From Chlorokybus atmophyticus (lineage: Eukaryota; Plantae; Mesostigma and Chlorokybus algae), in assembly GCA_009103225.1 (NCBI GenBank), contig RHPI01003041.1, forward strand, positions 99,106 through 163,105: a stretch of DNA of 64,000 nucleotides, in the 5' to 3' direction. The first letter of the stretch is position 1; the number at the start of each line of letters is the position of its first letter. Of this stretch, positions 14,909 through 26,772 are shown in pieces. The position numbers and the translations under genes were made by a program. The notes below the pieces were generated by a model. The model ran no database searches. It was given only the letters and a program-made list of their open reading frames with translations, and had not been told where the DNA came from.

Positions 14909-15472
14909 CTAAATGAAGCCGAGATGCTTTAATACAAACTCCACACACTGCTGGTGGCTTGCCCCAAGCGGCATCCCCAACCCATAATGCTGCAGCAGGT
15001 AGTGGAGTCGAGGCGCGTCAATGGTGCTGAACTCCACCAGGGTGGACGGCAGGTCGCCTTGTGGCAAGGCATTGGCTGAGTTGTATACGTACATGAACGG
15101 GACATCGCGCGGAATGCGCACGTTGTAAGCGCGGCGCGACGTGTTCGCCTCAAGCATTTGCATGGCTCTTTGCAGCTCCTCGCGAAGCTTCTGGCTGAAA
15201 CTCTCTTCAATTGAGTCTTTGAAAGCGACTTTGAAAGCGTTAAATTCAGTGCGCACGATGTGACCAACGGCCTCAAGCAGCCCAGCAGACGCTTGCTCTA
15301 CTGCAAGCAAACGTCCATCCATCGTAGTTATCTTCTCCTGTAGCTGCTGCTGCTGCTGAAACACGGGTAAGGCAGCCGATGTTGGTTTCAGCAGCCGATG
15401 TTGGTCATGGTCAGGCTTGCGCCATGTTGTTCAGGTGACCAACCACTGCCGGCACACATTCGGCACAGCCAT
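14909..15472 (-). pseudogene. Mug135-like coiled-coil protein, copy A, 5'-disabled
   Basis: Open 151-codon 3' part (RAYN..P.TLVEF..I....L..LLQHYGL..G....HLG). The 5' part aligns to copy B only with a 1-nt deletion, TGA for Trp and a 19-nt duplication. Family name from a remembered Pfam Mug135_C pattern. Confidence 0.7.
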
Positions 15473-15962
15473 TGCACAAAGCCTGTGCAAATACACAAAA
15501 GTTACCACCACACCCATCATCCAAAACGTCAACACAAGCTGCAACCATAAACGCAACTTAACGGATTGCGAGCACACCCGTCAACCAACAAAACCGAAAA
15601 CAAAAGCACATTTCAATGCGTGCGCACAAGCAAGGAGGAGTATACGCGCACACGCTAGCGCAGCAGACGCAACCGCAATCGTCCACACGTTCAGAGGCAC
15701 ACCACTTGCCTCTGTGCGAGACGATTGCGCTCGGGCGCAACAACCGTAATTCACCCTGCTCCGCGCTTTGTAACAATCACCGCAACAACCAGCACCAACA
15801 CAGCCAAAGCTTAGTTCCCCCTACCTCCCCCGCCGCCGCCGCCGGACAACACGCACAGCAATATGCTGCTGCGCAAGTAAGCTTTAAAGTAATACTGTGC
15901 ATGCACTAACGGCTAGGTTTCTAGGTTTAGAGGCGGTGGTGTCGCCCTGGAGGTGACTAGCG

Positions 15963-18074
15963 ATGCGGCTGGCGTGGGTGCTGGCTGCGGCGGCGGCGGC
16001 GAGGGTGTTGGTGATCACCTACGGCCACTGGCAGGACACGCACCGTGAGTTTTGACTGAAATACGCGTTGGCCTGAAAAGTAATTTGGTGCGCTTGCTTG
16101 CGAGGAATGTATGCGCGTGTGCATGGCGCAGCTGCTGTTAGCAAATGCTATTGATATTGTACTGTGTGCCAGTGCCAGTCAAGTACACCGACATTGACTA
16201 CACAGTATTCAGCGATGCGGCGGCACTCATGGCCAAAGGGCTATCTCCTGTACGCACATGTCACCAACGTTATGCATTGCATGCATCATAAGCAATGCAC
16301 AGTGAACATCAGCCAGTAGCGTGACTGTTTCGCATGCCTGCAGTACCAGCGATCAACATACAGGTACACGCCATTGCTGGCCGCACTGCTTCTGCCCAAT
16401 GTTTACGTGCACCCACTGTTCGGCAAGCTGCTTTTCGCCACCGCGGACCTCGTGACAGCATGGTAAGCATGTGTGTGTGTGTTGTTTGTTATGCTGTGTT
16501 CTATTGTGTAAAATGTAGTGTGCAATCTGAGAGTACAACCTCGTGAACATGCATGCTTGCATTACAGGCTTGCCCACACGCTTCTGCTCATGCGTGGGGT
16601 GAGTTCGGGTGAGGCGGTTAAGCTGCTCGTATGCACTTGGCTCTTCAACCCATTCGTTCTGCCCGTTGCCACGCGCGGCAACTGCGAAGCGCTGGTGACT
16701 GCTCTATTGTTGGGTGTCATCCTCGCGCTTGCACGCGGCCGCTTCACGCTGGCAGCAATAGGGCAAGTCTTGTTGTTGGTTTACGGAGCTCTCTCTTTGT
16801 GTTTGCTGCTATGCATTGATTGTCTCTGCTTACATTCTTGTTCTGTGCGTGGGTGGGCAGGTATGGACTTGCTGTCCACATGCGGATTTATCCCATCATC
16901 TACTGTCTGGCGATTGTGTTGGCCTTGGACCAGACTGCCAAGACTCTCCTGACAAGGCAGCGGATATTGTTTGCAGTCGTTTCCGCGGGCACATTTTTGG
17001 GGCTTACCGCGTCTTCTTATGCTCTCTATGGCAATGAGTTCTTGAACGAGGTGAGATGGCGGCTGTTGTTGTGCATTACACAAATAAACAGCAAACTTAC
17101 TGTGTGGTGCCATTCAGCCAGGCTCTTTTGTATCATGCAGTACGCAAGGATCCTCGCCACAACTTCTCCATCTACTTCTACTCGATATACCTCAACTACG
17201 GGTGCGTGCTTATATATGTCTCATGCTTAGAGAAAACAAGTACAAAGCAGCTGACACAGTTTACAATTCCTTCAGCAAGGAGCTGATGCCTGGCGCTAGC
17301 TTGCTGACATTTGTACCGCAAGCTGTGCTGTTTCTGGTTCTGTCTGTGAAGTTCTCAAAAGATCTGCCCTTCTGCTGGTTCACGCAGGTAAGGTAGATAT
17401 GCTCTCGGAATGTTGTGGATGCTGTACTTGTATACTGACTTGGTGGATGTGCAGACACTTGCCTTTGTCGCATTCAACAAAGTCTGCACCGCACAGGTGA
17501 GTGGTGTGGCACGCGTGCGCACGTGTGCATATGCATGTTTGTGTGTTGTCCAATCACGTGCTTACTGGTATGCAGTACTTTGTATGGTACATGGGGTACC
17601 TGCCTTTGGTGCTGTCATCAAGTTCAATGCGCGTCAAGTGGCGTGGGGCTGCATGCTTTGCAGCATGGTCACTTGCACAGGTGCGTGTAGCACACAACTT
17701 GTTGTTGATCAGCTACAAGTCTCATGTCTCATTGTGCAAGTGCAGATGCATTGGCTGGCGTGGGCATACTTTTTGGAGTTCCAAGGAAGACCTGTTTTCC
17801 TGGAACTATGGGTATGTAATTGCTCGTAACAGCTTGCTTGACACACGACACCCACACTGATGTGTTGTGCACAGGTGGCAAGTCTGGCCTTCCTGGCAAG
17901 CAACGTCTACCTGCTAGCTAGTGCTATTGTTTATTGCAGGTGCGGATCTTCCCCCTTGGAATGCAGTTGACCACTCGCGTCACCCACCACCTCTCGCTTA
18001 CATGTGGTTCGTTGTGCAGGCCATCAACGGTTGTGGAGCGGATACCGGCATCAAGCAAACAACATTTCCAATAG
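15963..18074 (+). CDS. PIGM: GPI mannosyltransferase I, ~395 aa, 12 exons
   Basis: Exons 15963-16044, 16173-16249, 16344-16462, 16568-16762, 16861-17050, 17122-17201, 17276-17387, 17455-17496, 17576-17680, 17746-17811, 17875-17939, 18020-18074 (or an unspliced end at 17970). Motifs [59 protein letters not shown]. Confidence 0.95.
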
Positions 18075-18475
18075 CATTAGACCAGTACTTACATTAGCGT
18101 GCAGTAGTTTCGATGGTATATTGGTCATCCACATCCATGTGTCTATGCAAATTGTAAGTCAAGTGTAAAAGAGCTTGTGACATTGGTGTTACAGGTGTTG
18201 CGATTGGTGTTAGCTGTTGCAAGCCAGCTACAACTTTGTTAGTGCACACCAATGACGTACTCTTGTATTCTCTGCACGTGCAAATTGAAACGCACAGCAA
18301 GCACGGCTTTCACTTCGATGCCACTTATTGCAACAGCAAGTACGTGCACCAGTGTGCAAAGAGTGCGTAGCTCACAAGCTTTCCTAGCCATCGCACTAAC
18401 CCGTGTTAGCGAGCATACTTATTACTGCAACAGTGCCAACGAGTCAATAATTACAATGTTACACATGCAACCCAC

Positions 18476-21400
18476 CTAGCTGCTTCTAGACAATGTAGTG
18501 GGAACGCCATACACAATAGGGGCGCCACCTATAAGGTACGGCAGCTTGCACGAGGCTCTTCCTACGTGCAGAGCGCCTGCCAGCGGCAAGCCTTTGCCAG
18601 CAGCCTCCCACTGAAGCCACTGCTTGAATACGGCTTTGCTGAAGCGGTCTATCTCCCCATCCGTAACGTCCCACAAGTTGCCAATGGCCATGGGGCAACC
18701 GGCAGACATATACGTCAACACAGAGCCCGTGGGCTCGAACATCCCTCGCAACTTCAACTTGCTGCTGCTGCAACCCATGTCAAAACAAGCTGCGCAGCGG
18801 TCTGCTTGGCGAAGGGTTGATGCTGATGCATACTGCAGGCCTGCATACATCAAGCATAGTATGAGGGCAGTTTTTCATGCCAAAAGCATTTGATCTGAAG
18901 CACCAAGCTATCTGGCAGCCATCAACCACGACACGGACATGTACTTACCACTGTTGTGACCGCAGTAGACAAACATGTCATGCTGCAGGTAGGCATCTGT
19001 GCACTCTGCTTTGCTCGGTTGCTCCCCAACTTTGCCCTGCAGGAGTAGTATCAGAGTGGGCACGCTGTAGCCATGGCATGCGATGACAACCACGGGGTAC
19101 GAACCTGCCAGCCGGGCTGCTTCGCAAAGCAATCTTCAAACACTGCCTGCGTGTTGGACAGATCGCCACCAGGATTCAGCAGATAGAACGTGTCTCTTAG
19201 GTTGACTGCAGGTGACGACCCTCCTCTGGCATGCTTGAAGCGCACGAGCTGTGCCAGAGCTGCACCCAACGATGGCATCCTGTAGACGTCACATGCTCGC
19301 AGCGCAGGCATGCTTTCCAAAGGAAATGCCTGTTGACAACAGAAAGTTGAGTGACATCAACAACATGGATTAGTACGCAAGACTCAGCGCTGTATTCGTG
19401 CGAGGTTCACACACCTGGAAATCCACATCTGGAATGAGTATGACCGGGTGCCTGCTGGTTGCCACTTCCGAGCTTGAGCTGCGTGTAGCCATCTGGTAGT
19501 GTTCAAAGAACATGGCTGCGAGCTGCTCCAGTTGCAGGGGTTGATTTCGTGTTGAGCGCGGTTGCGGCTCGTCTGTCCAGGCCAGCACATACTCTAGTGC
19601 GCAGCACAGGTCATCTTCCGACAGCGTATCTGAGGCCTGCAGCAGCAAACGGACCAACAGAGGGTTCAAAGCGTCTTTGGCCAGAGGCTGCAGATGCTCG
19701 GCGAGCTCCACAGCATGCCTGTGAAAAGCAACTCTCAATGCGCTATCTTGCGCATCTGGCAGCAGCAGACACCTCCAAGGACCCAGCAGCTCACTCTCAA
19801 GTCGCCTGCGCGCGTGTGTATGTGTGTGTTGGCGCGCATGCATGCGCGTGTGTATGTAAGTGAACAGAGTACTTGCTTGACAAAGCTGCAGGCCTTACAG
19901 ACGAAGGGATATAACCAAACAATAAATACGTACCCTATAAGAGCTTGCAGCTGTCTGTCAAGCTTCTGACGACTTAACCACCACTCTTTTGCGTTGGCCT
20001 CTGTCAGACAGACCTGCCGGCTGCTTTCCAGAACGGCAGACAGCTCTTCCGCAGCTTTGCTCAGAGTGAAGTCTTTGCAATGTTCTACTTGATCACTGCC
20101 TTGAGTTGTGGCTGAAGCAATGCGTAGTAGCAGTGGCTCGTCAGCTGCTGTAAGTCGACTGATCATTATGGCGGATGGTCTTCCTGCATCGGAATGCGAC
20201 CTATCCCGGCTGATGCTCAGCGAGCAAACCACCAAGCCGTCAGGTAGCAGCTGCTTTGCAATCTGCATCGCTTGATTTGCTCCGAGCTCAGGTGACTTAC
20301 ACTCCTGCAAACTGTCCCAAGAAATTGTGAGACATTGCCTTGCAGGTGCTGTATACACCGCTTACTATAAACTTAGTTCGTTTGCTGTGGATGCAACAGT
20401 AACTATCGTGTGTATACCTCAAGGCCTGCAGCATGGCTTGCAGGCACTCTTGGGACGGGCACGAAGTTCCTTGATTTGCTGCTTTCTTCCACAGATCCCT
20501 GCATTTTCTCTGTATGAGGCTCGCGTGCTGCAGCCTGGCTGATGTTCCCAAAGAGAGTTGATGGTGAAAGAATGCCAGCGCGGTCTTGGAACTTCTAGTA
20601 TAGTCCTCTGCCAGCATCCTGCATACGCGCTGCAGAAGCAACGGCGCTTGCTTGCAATGTGCATAAGCCGCCAGAAGGTGTTGAAGGCGATCATCACTTG
20701 CATCACCTCCAACACATCCGAGGACAAAGTCACTGCAGACAGTCGAGCGAGGTCAAATCATGAGTGGCGCGCGCGCGCATACATACACACACAAACTACT
20801 ACTACTACTGCAGCAGGCTTCTGCACCTGTCTCGCGATTGCGGCTGCAGCTGTGCCAAGCCCAGGAACGCCGCTGCACGCGCGTTGGCAAACGGCGACAT
20901 CGTCTCACCATTTTCAACTGCAGCAGTTAAGCCCAGAACCGCCTGGAAACTTTCGGTGGCAGCGCCATAGGCTCCCAGTAGCAACAAGCTTTCACCTGCA
21001 AAGCTGTATTTCAGGTCCTTTTTGCAATGGTCAATCAGTGGGTATGCAACAACAGCATCCGTGGCTATACCGTTATGTAAAATGGCATCTGCCAGCAGCT
21101 GCACTACAGGTACTTGATCTGATGCTGGAATTGCGTGCTGTTCAGATCTACTCCAGCAGTCGCAGGTGGCACGCAGTTGTGCGCTGGTAGCGACTGTTGT
21201 CATCATTGGTGGCGCGCATTCCCGAGGGGTTTCAGAAGCCACATCCTCCTCCAAGCAAGTACCGGCAAACAATGACTCCAAAGACTTTACTTCTGAAGAG
21301 GGCGCAGTTGCACGCTTCACCCGTCTTGCACGAGTGGAGGTACTGGTTGTGGTTGATACTGTGGTCTTGGTCACTGTGCGTGTCTGTGCCTTCAGCCGGC

Positions 21401-24400
21401 TGCTTCGTCGCTTTGGCGGACTCACCATGATTACTGAATTGGGCTCATCCTTAACTTCATGTACAGATTGCCGCTGATGACGAAATGCAGCAAGCCCCGC
21501 ATGCGGCTGCCTCTTTGTAACTGCCACAGTCATTGCAGCAGCACTTGTGTTGATGGTCGGGAGATGAGCTGTCATGTGAGAAGGGAGCAAATCCATAAGT
21601 GTCCGCTTTACACTTGACAGTTGGCTCAGGATACTGGGCAAGGCCGTTGTGCTGTGCGCATCAGCTTGCTGCAGTATGTGCGAGGTAGCCATAATATAAT
21701 GAATACGTGCCAGCCACAGCCCTCTGCACGCTGCACAGTCAACAGCGGTGACGGACTCTTCAACCAGCTGATGGGCCTTTGCGACACTAGCATCACCGTC
21801 TTGCAGCTTGTTCATGTGACAGAGGATGTTGCCTGCGGAGCAAACAAATGCACACGATGACTATGCCTGGCGGTTGCATTCCAATTGAACCTACCAATGC
21901 GGCATACGCATCCAGTTGAACCCAGTCATGTTGCAACGCAGCATGCATTTGCAGTAGCAAACCACCTACTACTCAAACTGCGCCACATGGGCTGTACCTT
22001 GTTGTGCAGCAAAGGTAGCTTGCCGCCAGTTCAGTCCGTATTCCACTGCCAAGTTCAGTCCCTCCTGGACACACGCAAGGGCCTCGTCCGGGGAGCCAAG
22101 AACTTCATGCATTGTTGCTAGCTGCAGTTGATAGCATGTTCAGTGCGATTGTTGACTCTCCACCTTGTGCATACCACGCACAATTCCTTAGGAAATCTAC
22201 GCTACCTGATGCTGACTGTCCAAGAAGTCACAGACAGACCGATCTACTGTTACTGTAGAAACGCCCCAAGAGCCAACATCACGCGGTATCCAATCCACCA
22301 CCCCTGTACTGATGTTATACACTGCCTTGCGGAGACGATAGGCTTCCACTGCATCACCCATAGCCTGCCACCATACACCATTGGAGGCCTTGCCCAATGT
22401 GCCATCAATTCTTTGCCACAGATGTTGCTCACCTCAATATATAAGCCCGAATGGCTCAGTAATTCTGCACATCTCCACAACAAGTGGGCACTGATGGTTT
22501 TGGAAACAGCTGATGGCTTCTGCACCTGGGCGCACAGAATGAGATGTCAGGTATGCTGCATGTCTGACTTGCCAAGGGGACAGCGGAGGTAGCGCTCAGC
22601 ACTTGGACAACCTTGCCTACCCGCAGAAGCTGTTGTGCCAGTTCTCGCAACTCGCTGGGTGCGACATGCTTACGCCCAGCCAGCAACTCTGTCACAGCTG
22701 TCTTTGGGAACATACTCCCAGCATGGCAATGTGTGACCATGCACACAGGATGTCCTCTGGAGGTCGCAAGGTAGTCAATCAAAGAGCCTGTGCAAAAATG
22801 CGATTCGCTGGTGTCCACGAAGAGTGCCACTGCTAGTTGGCACGCCTCTGAGTGAAGGGACGTCCAACCCTGTTAGCGAGATGATGAGCATGTGCATGGA
22901 AGCGGCAGTGCCAATAACAACACTCTTGGCAATCGCACCTTGAGTGCGGCTCTGTCCAAGAGCCCTGCGAATAAGCTGATGGCTGTTGGTATGTCATGAT
23001 TGCACATGACCTTCTGGCTGCACTCTTCTGCTGACAGCAGTCGCCATAGTGTTAAGGCGTCTTGAAAATGACATTGAGCCTGGAACACAACCGTGGTACT
23101 TGGGACATGCAGTTGTCACGTGCTCTCTGGACAGCTTGCAGTAAGACAGGCCCACCTGCTGTTGGCTGCCGTTGACTGCCAGCAATGAATAGGCCATCGC
23201 TCTCAAGTAGTTCCACTCATCAGCTGCCTTGTGGCATGACTTGACATGGTCCTACAACAAGCGCTTACCAAGTGGAGGAACCAAACAGGGTGCTGCAGAA
23301 CCAGCAAGCCAGCACTTACCCAAAGATGTAGTATCTCCTGCAAGAAAGACGTTTGCACAGTTGCTTCCTGTGACACGCCTGTATGTAATGCCTTGTCCAG
23401 AAGCACTCGTGCCCGATCTAGAGGGTGACGATCTGGCTCATAGAGTGTCAGCAACATGTCTAGCAACCAGTTGCGTAATGCCACCGCACACTGCCTCGAC
23501 GAATCTTGAGATTTCACCTCGGCCAAGATCTGCAACAGTTGCTGCTTGAAATCATGTGCAGGTAGGACGAAGCTGGTTGTTTCACTGCAAAAGCTCTCAC
23601 CTGTCCAAACGCATTGGCCAGCACTTGCGAGTCTCCTGCAAGAGCTTGAGAGGCTTGCGCAAGCAATGTGCTCAAGTCGCTGTCGTTGGGCAAGTGCGTA
23701 ATCACCTGTTGCAGTGGTAGTGAAGCACTGCTTCCAGATATTGCAACACTACACTGACACACAAGAATGCATTATGTGTTCTCACCGCAACAAACCCCTT
23801 GGCCAAAGCTGTCACAGCTTTTTCAATTGAATGCCACTGTGTCAAGGCTGAAAGCAGCATTTGCAAAGCACCAACTGGAGCGCTCCGTTCGCAATGCGCC
23901 AATGCCATACATATCTTCGCCGCCTTTATGCCCAGCTCGGCAACAACTCCGCTCAAGGGTTCTCTAGCTGCCAGTGAGCAAGTTGTGGCATAGGCCACAC
24001 GGAGTAGGATGCCTGCCTACCACACTTGCCATCAGCACAAGCCACATTGCACTGGTGCCTTTTGTGCATGCTGCTGAGTAACTTACCTGATCAAAACACT
24101 GTGCGCTGAGCAACTGCACGCCCAGACTCCAGTGTTGATCAATGTAGTCCACCATGATGTCTATATCGAGTTGCACTAGCTCCCAAAATACAGCATCCAC
24201 CACCTCCATGTCCTGATGCAAAGATGGGTGTCGGATGCATGCCTGTTGACTTGGCACTGACATTAATGACATGGTAATTACCTTCAATTTGGTGAAGGCT
24301 TGCAATTGGGCCTGGAGGCTCATTGCATTCAAGGTACCAGCGGCCAGTTTCTGGTACACTTGCATAACCTCTCCTTTCTTGCACAGCCTGAGGCACTGTT

Positions 24401-26184
24401 AGCACCCTGATTCGCATCACCATTTCTGCGCATTTGTGCATGGGCATGTTACCTAGTTGCAGCCAGTAGGATTGGCTTCATCGGCGTCAACGCAGCTTCA
24501 AGCTCGGTCCAAGCAGACTGTGGCTTGGGACGCATACTTGACAATCGGCATGCGGTTCCGGCACCCCTCTCACAGTTGGCGAGTTGTGCCCGAAACCAGT
24601 GACACACTGCGTTCTTCACATACCTGCTCAACTTGTCCAGTGCAGTAAGCAATACCACTAGCAGCTCCAAAGGGTTGCCAGCATCATCTTGTGCTGGCTT
24701 GGTCACACTGTCAGCTTTGCATCTGCTGAGCGCGTATGCAGTGAATTGCGTGGAGCGCTTAAGATGGGCGGCAGTAGACATGAAATGCTGATGCGGGTTA
24801 GTGGATTCGCTGTGTGGGCTTGTTGAGGTTCCCTCCCGGCTTTGAGTGCGTTCCAAGCGATCAGCTTCGGCAGCGAGCGCCACGGCATATATAGCGGCCA
24901 GGTCCAAAACGCGAGGAACCGACTGTGGGATGAGATGCTCAGCAAGTCGCTTACAACGACAGCAGTGCATCCCGAAGCTTTGGGGCCAGTACCTGAGCCA
25001 TCTGCTGGAGCAGCTTGGACGAGATGAAGTCTTTTCCACGCAAAGGATTGCCGGTTGCAATGCACTCTCGAGCGTAGGCCTCCACAGCTCTGATCACATA
25101 GAGATCTCTCTCGTTCTGGCTGTCATGCTGGAGCTGAAGAACAAGATTGCGTGTGTAAGCAATGGACGATTGGGGGACTAGGTACTGAAGAGTGCTGACA
25201 AAACTGGCAAGAAGGCATGCAAACTACTCAACCACAACTCTACCAAAGCTGTCAGCGCAGCTTCATACAGGCAGACAACTGCATCTGTCCGGTCTTCAAG
25301 CGCTCCGCGTGCAGCAAGCCGTGGACCCAAGTCTACAACCGTAGCCTGCCATTGTATTGTGCACGAATGGCTCTGCTCCATCATGCGCAGCAACAGCACC
25401 GCACCATGCCATGCATAGGTTCAAACATTGCGGCATGCACACCTGCAGCAAGCTGCTCTCCATCCTGTTTGCACTGCAAGCCTTGACGAGTGACTGTGCC
25501 ATGCGCGCAGCAGTAGCTGCATCCAATGCATCTGTGGCTACCAGCTTCCAGAGCATTGCGCAAGCTCTGCTCAGCAAGGTGCCGTTGTACTGCATGGCAA
25601 CCTCAACGCTGATCAGCCTATCAAGGTAGATATGCACGTTAGGGTACCCATGGGATGATGTTGGGATGACATCGCGCGCATGTAGTCATTGTCAACGCTG
25701 CACCTTGCTGAGTAAGAACTCCACACATGCATACAGATGAATGATGGAGCAACCGTGCAACTGCCTGACATTCAATGCACCAGATCAAATGCAGCTGATT
25801 ACAATTGTCCATTGGCATGAACATGCATCACCTCATCCATTGTTGCACTGCCGTTGCGACGGGCAGCAGTTTCCGGAACCCGTCGGTATCCAGACTATCT
25901 GCTTTGGCAGCGCTGCAGTATTGTTGAACAACCACTCTGACCACGAGGAGAGCAAAGGACTCCGGTACATCATCCTTTGTGGGCAACGGCAGTAGCAGTG
26001 CACACTCACGGCCGCTGCTGCCAGTTTTGCTGCGTAGGCTCTTCCGCAGCAGGCTGAGAAACTCCCAGCACTGCTCCACGCATTCCCTGTGCAAACCCTT
26101 GCTGCGAAGGCTACTCACAAGCTCGTAGTTTTGCTCCAAAGCTACCAGCTGCGCCCGCGGCAAGAAGCTCCGTCTGGCTGGCAT
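18476..26184 (-). CDS. ESP1: Separase (C50 peptidase), large multi-exon gene; start codon approximate
   Basis: C-terminal ELLGPWRCLLLP, FPLESMP.L..VYRMPS, FYLLNPGGDLSNTQ..F, YCGHNSG (His 18956-18958), MGCSS (Cys 18770-18772), GNLWDVTDGEIDRF, IGGAPIVYGVP. Helical exons continue upstream to ~26.2 kb; not all exons were traced. Confidence 0.9.
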
Positions 26185-26265
26185 TGTGGAGCATCCTCCG
26201 GGCGGCGGCCCAGCTCGAGCCAGGCGGCGACACCGCCGCCGCCGCCTCTCTGGTCGTGGGCGGGA

Positions 26266-26274
26266 AAACCCTAA
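26266..26274 (+). promoter_or_regulatory. Telo-box in the divergent separase/AGPase promoter
   Basis: aaaccctaa about 80 bp upstream of the putative separase start. Confidence 0.45.
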
Positions 26275-26772
26275 CCTCAGGTGATCGTGCCAGTTCAAAT
26301 GTTCAAAGTGTTCAGCACAACGGTGTCAAGGAATACACACGAATACCACTGTACACGGCAGCTTAGCAGCAATGTACAGGCAATTGCAGTATCTGGTCGC
26401 AGCGCCCTACTGGAAGGCGGTTGGCAAGAGTCATTTTCTCTGTTCTGTTTTTGTGGCTCGCAGCGCGCTGAGGGTTACAATGAATCAGATGCCCGCTCAT
26501 CAGCAGCGCTGCCTTCTGGTCGCCTTCTGACCGTCGGATCGCCCATCCCACGGCGTCCGATGCGATATATCTGCGAGCTCGTCGCTGGATGCCATGCTGG
26601 CGCACGGGTAAGCATGAGATTGATTCCAGCTGAACCTCGGCGGTAGCTACCTTTGCATTGGGGTTTGGTTACCGGTAGACAGCGGCGGCGGCGGCGGCGG
26701 CGGTGCGGTCCTGGGCGTGGACGTGGTCGTGGTGGGCGTGCTGGGTATCGGAGGGTTGGGCGAAGCAGAGCA

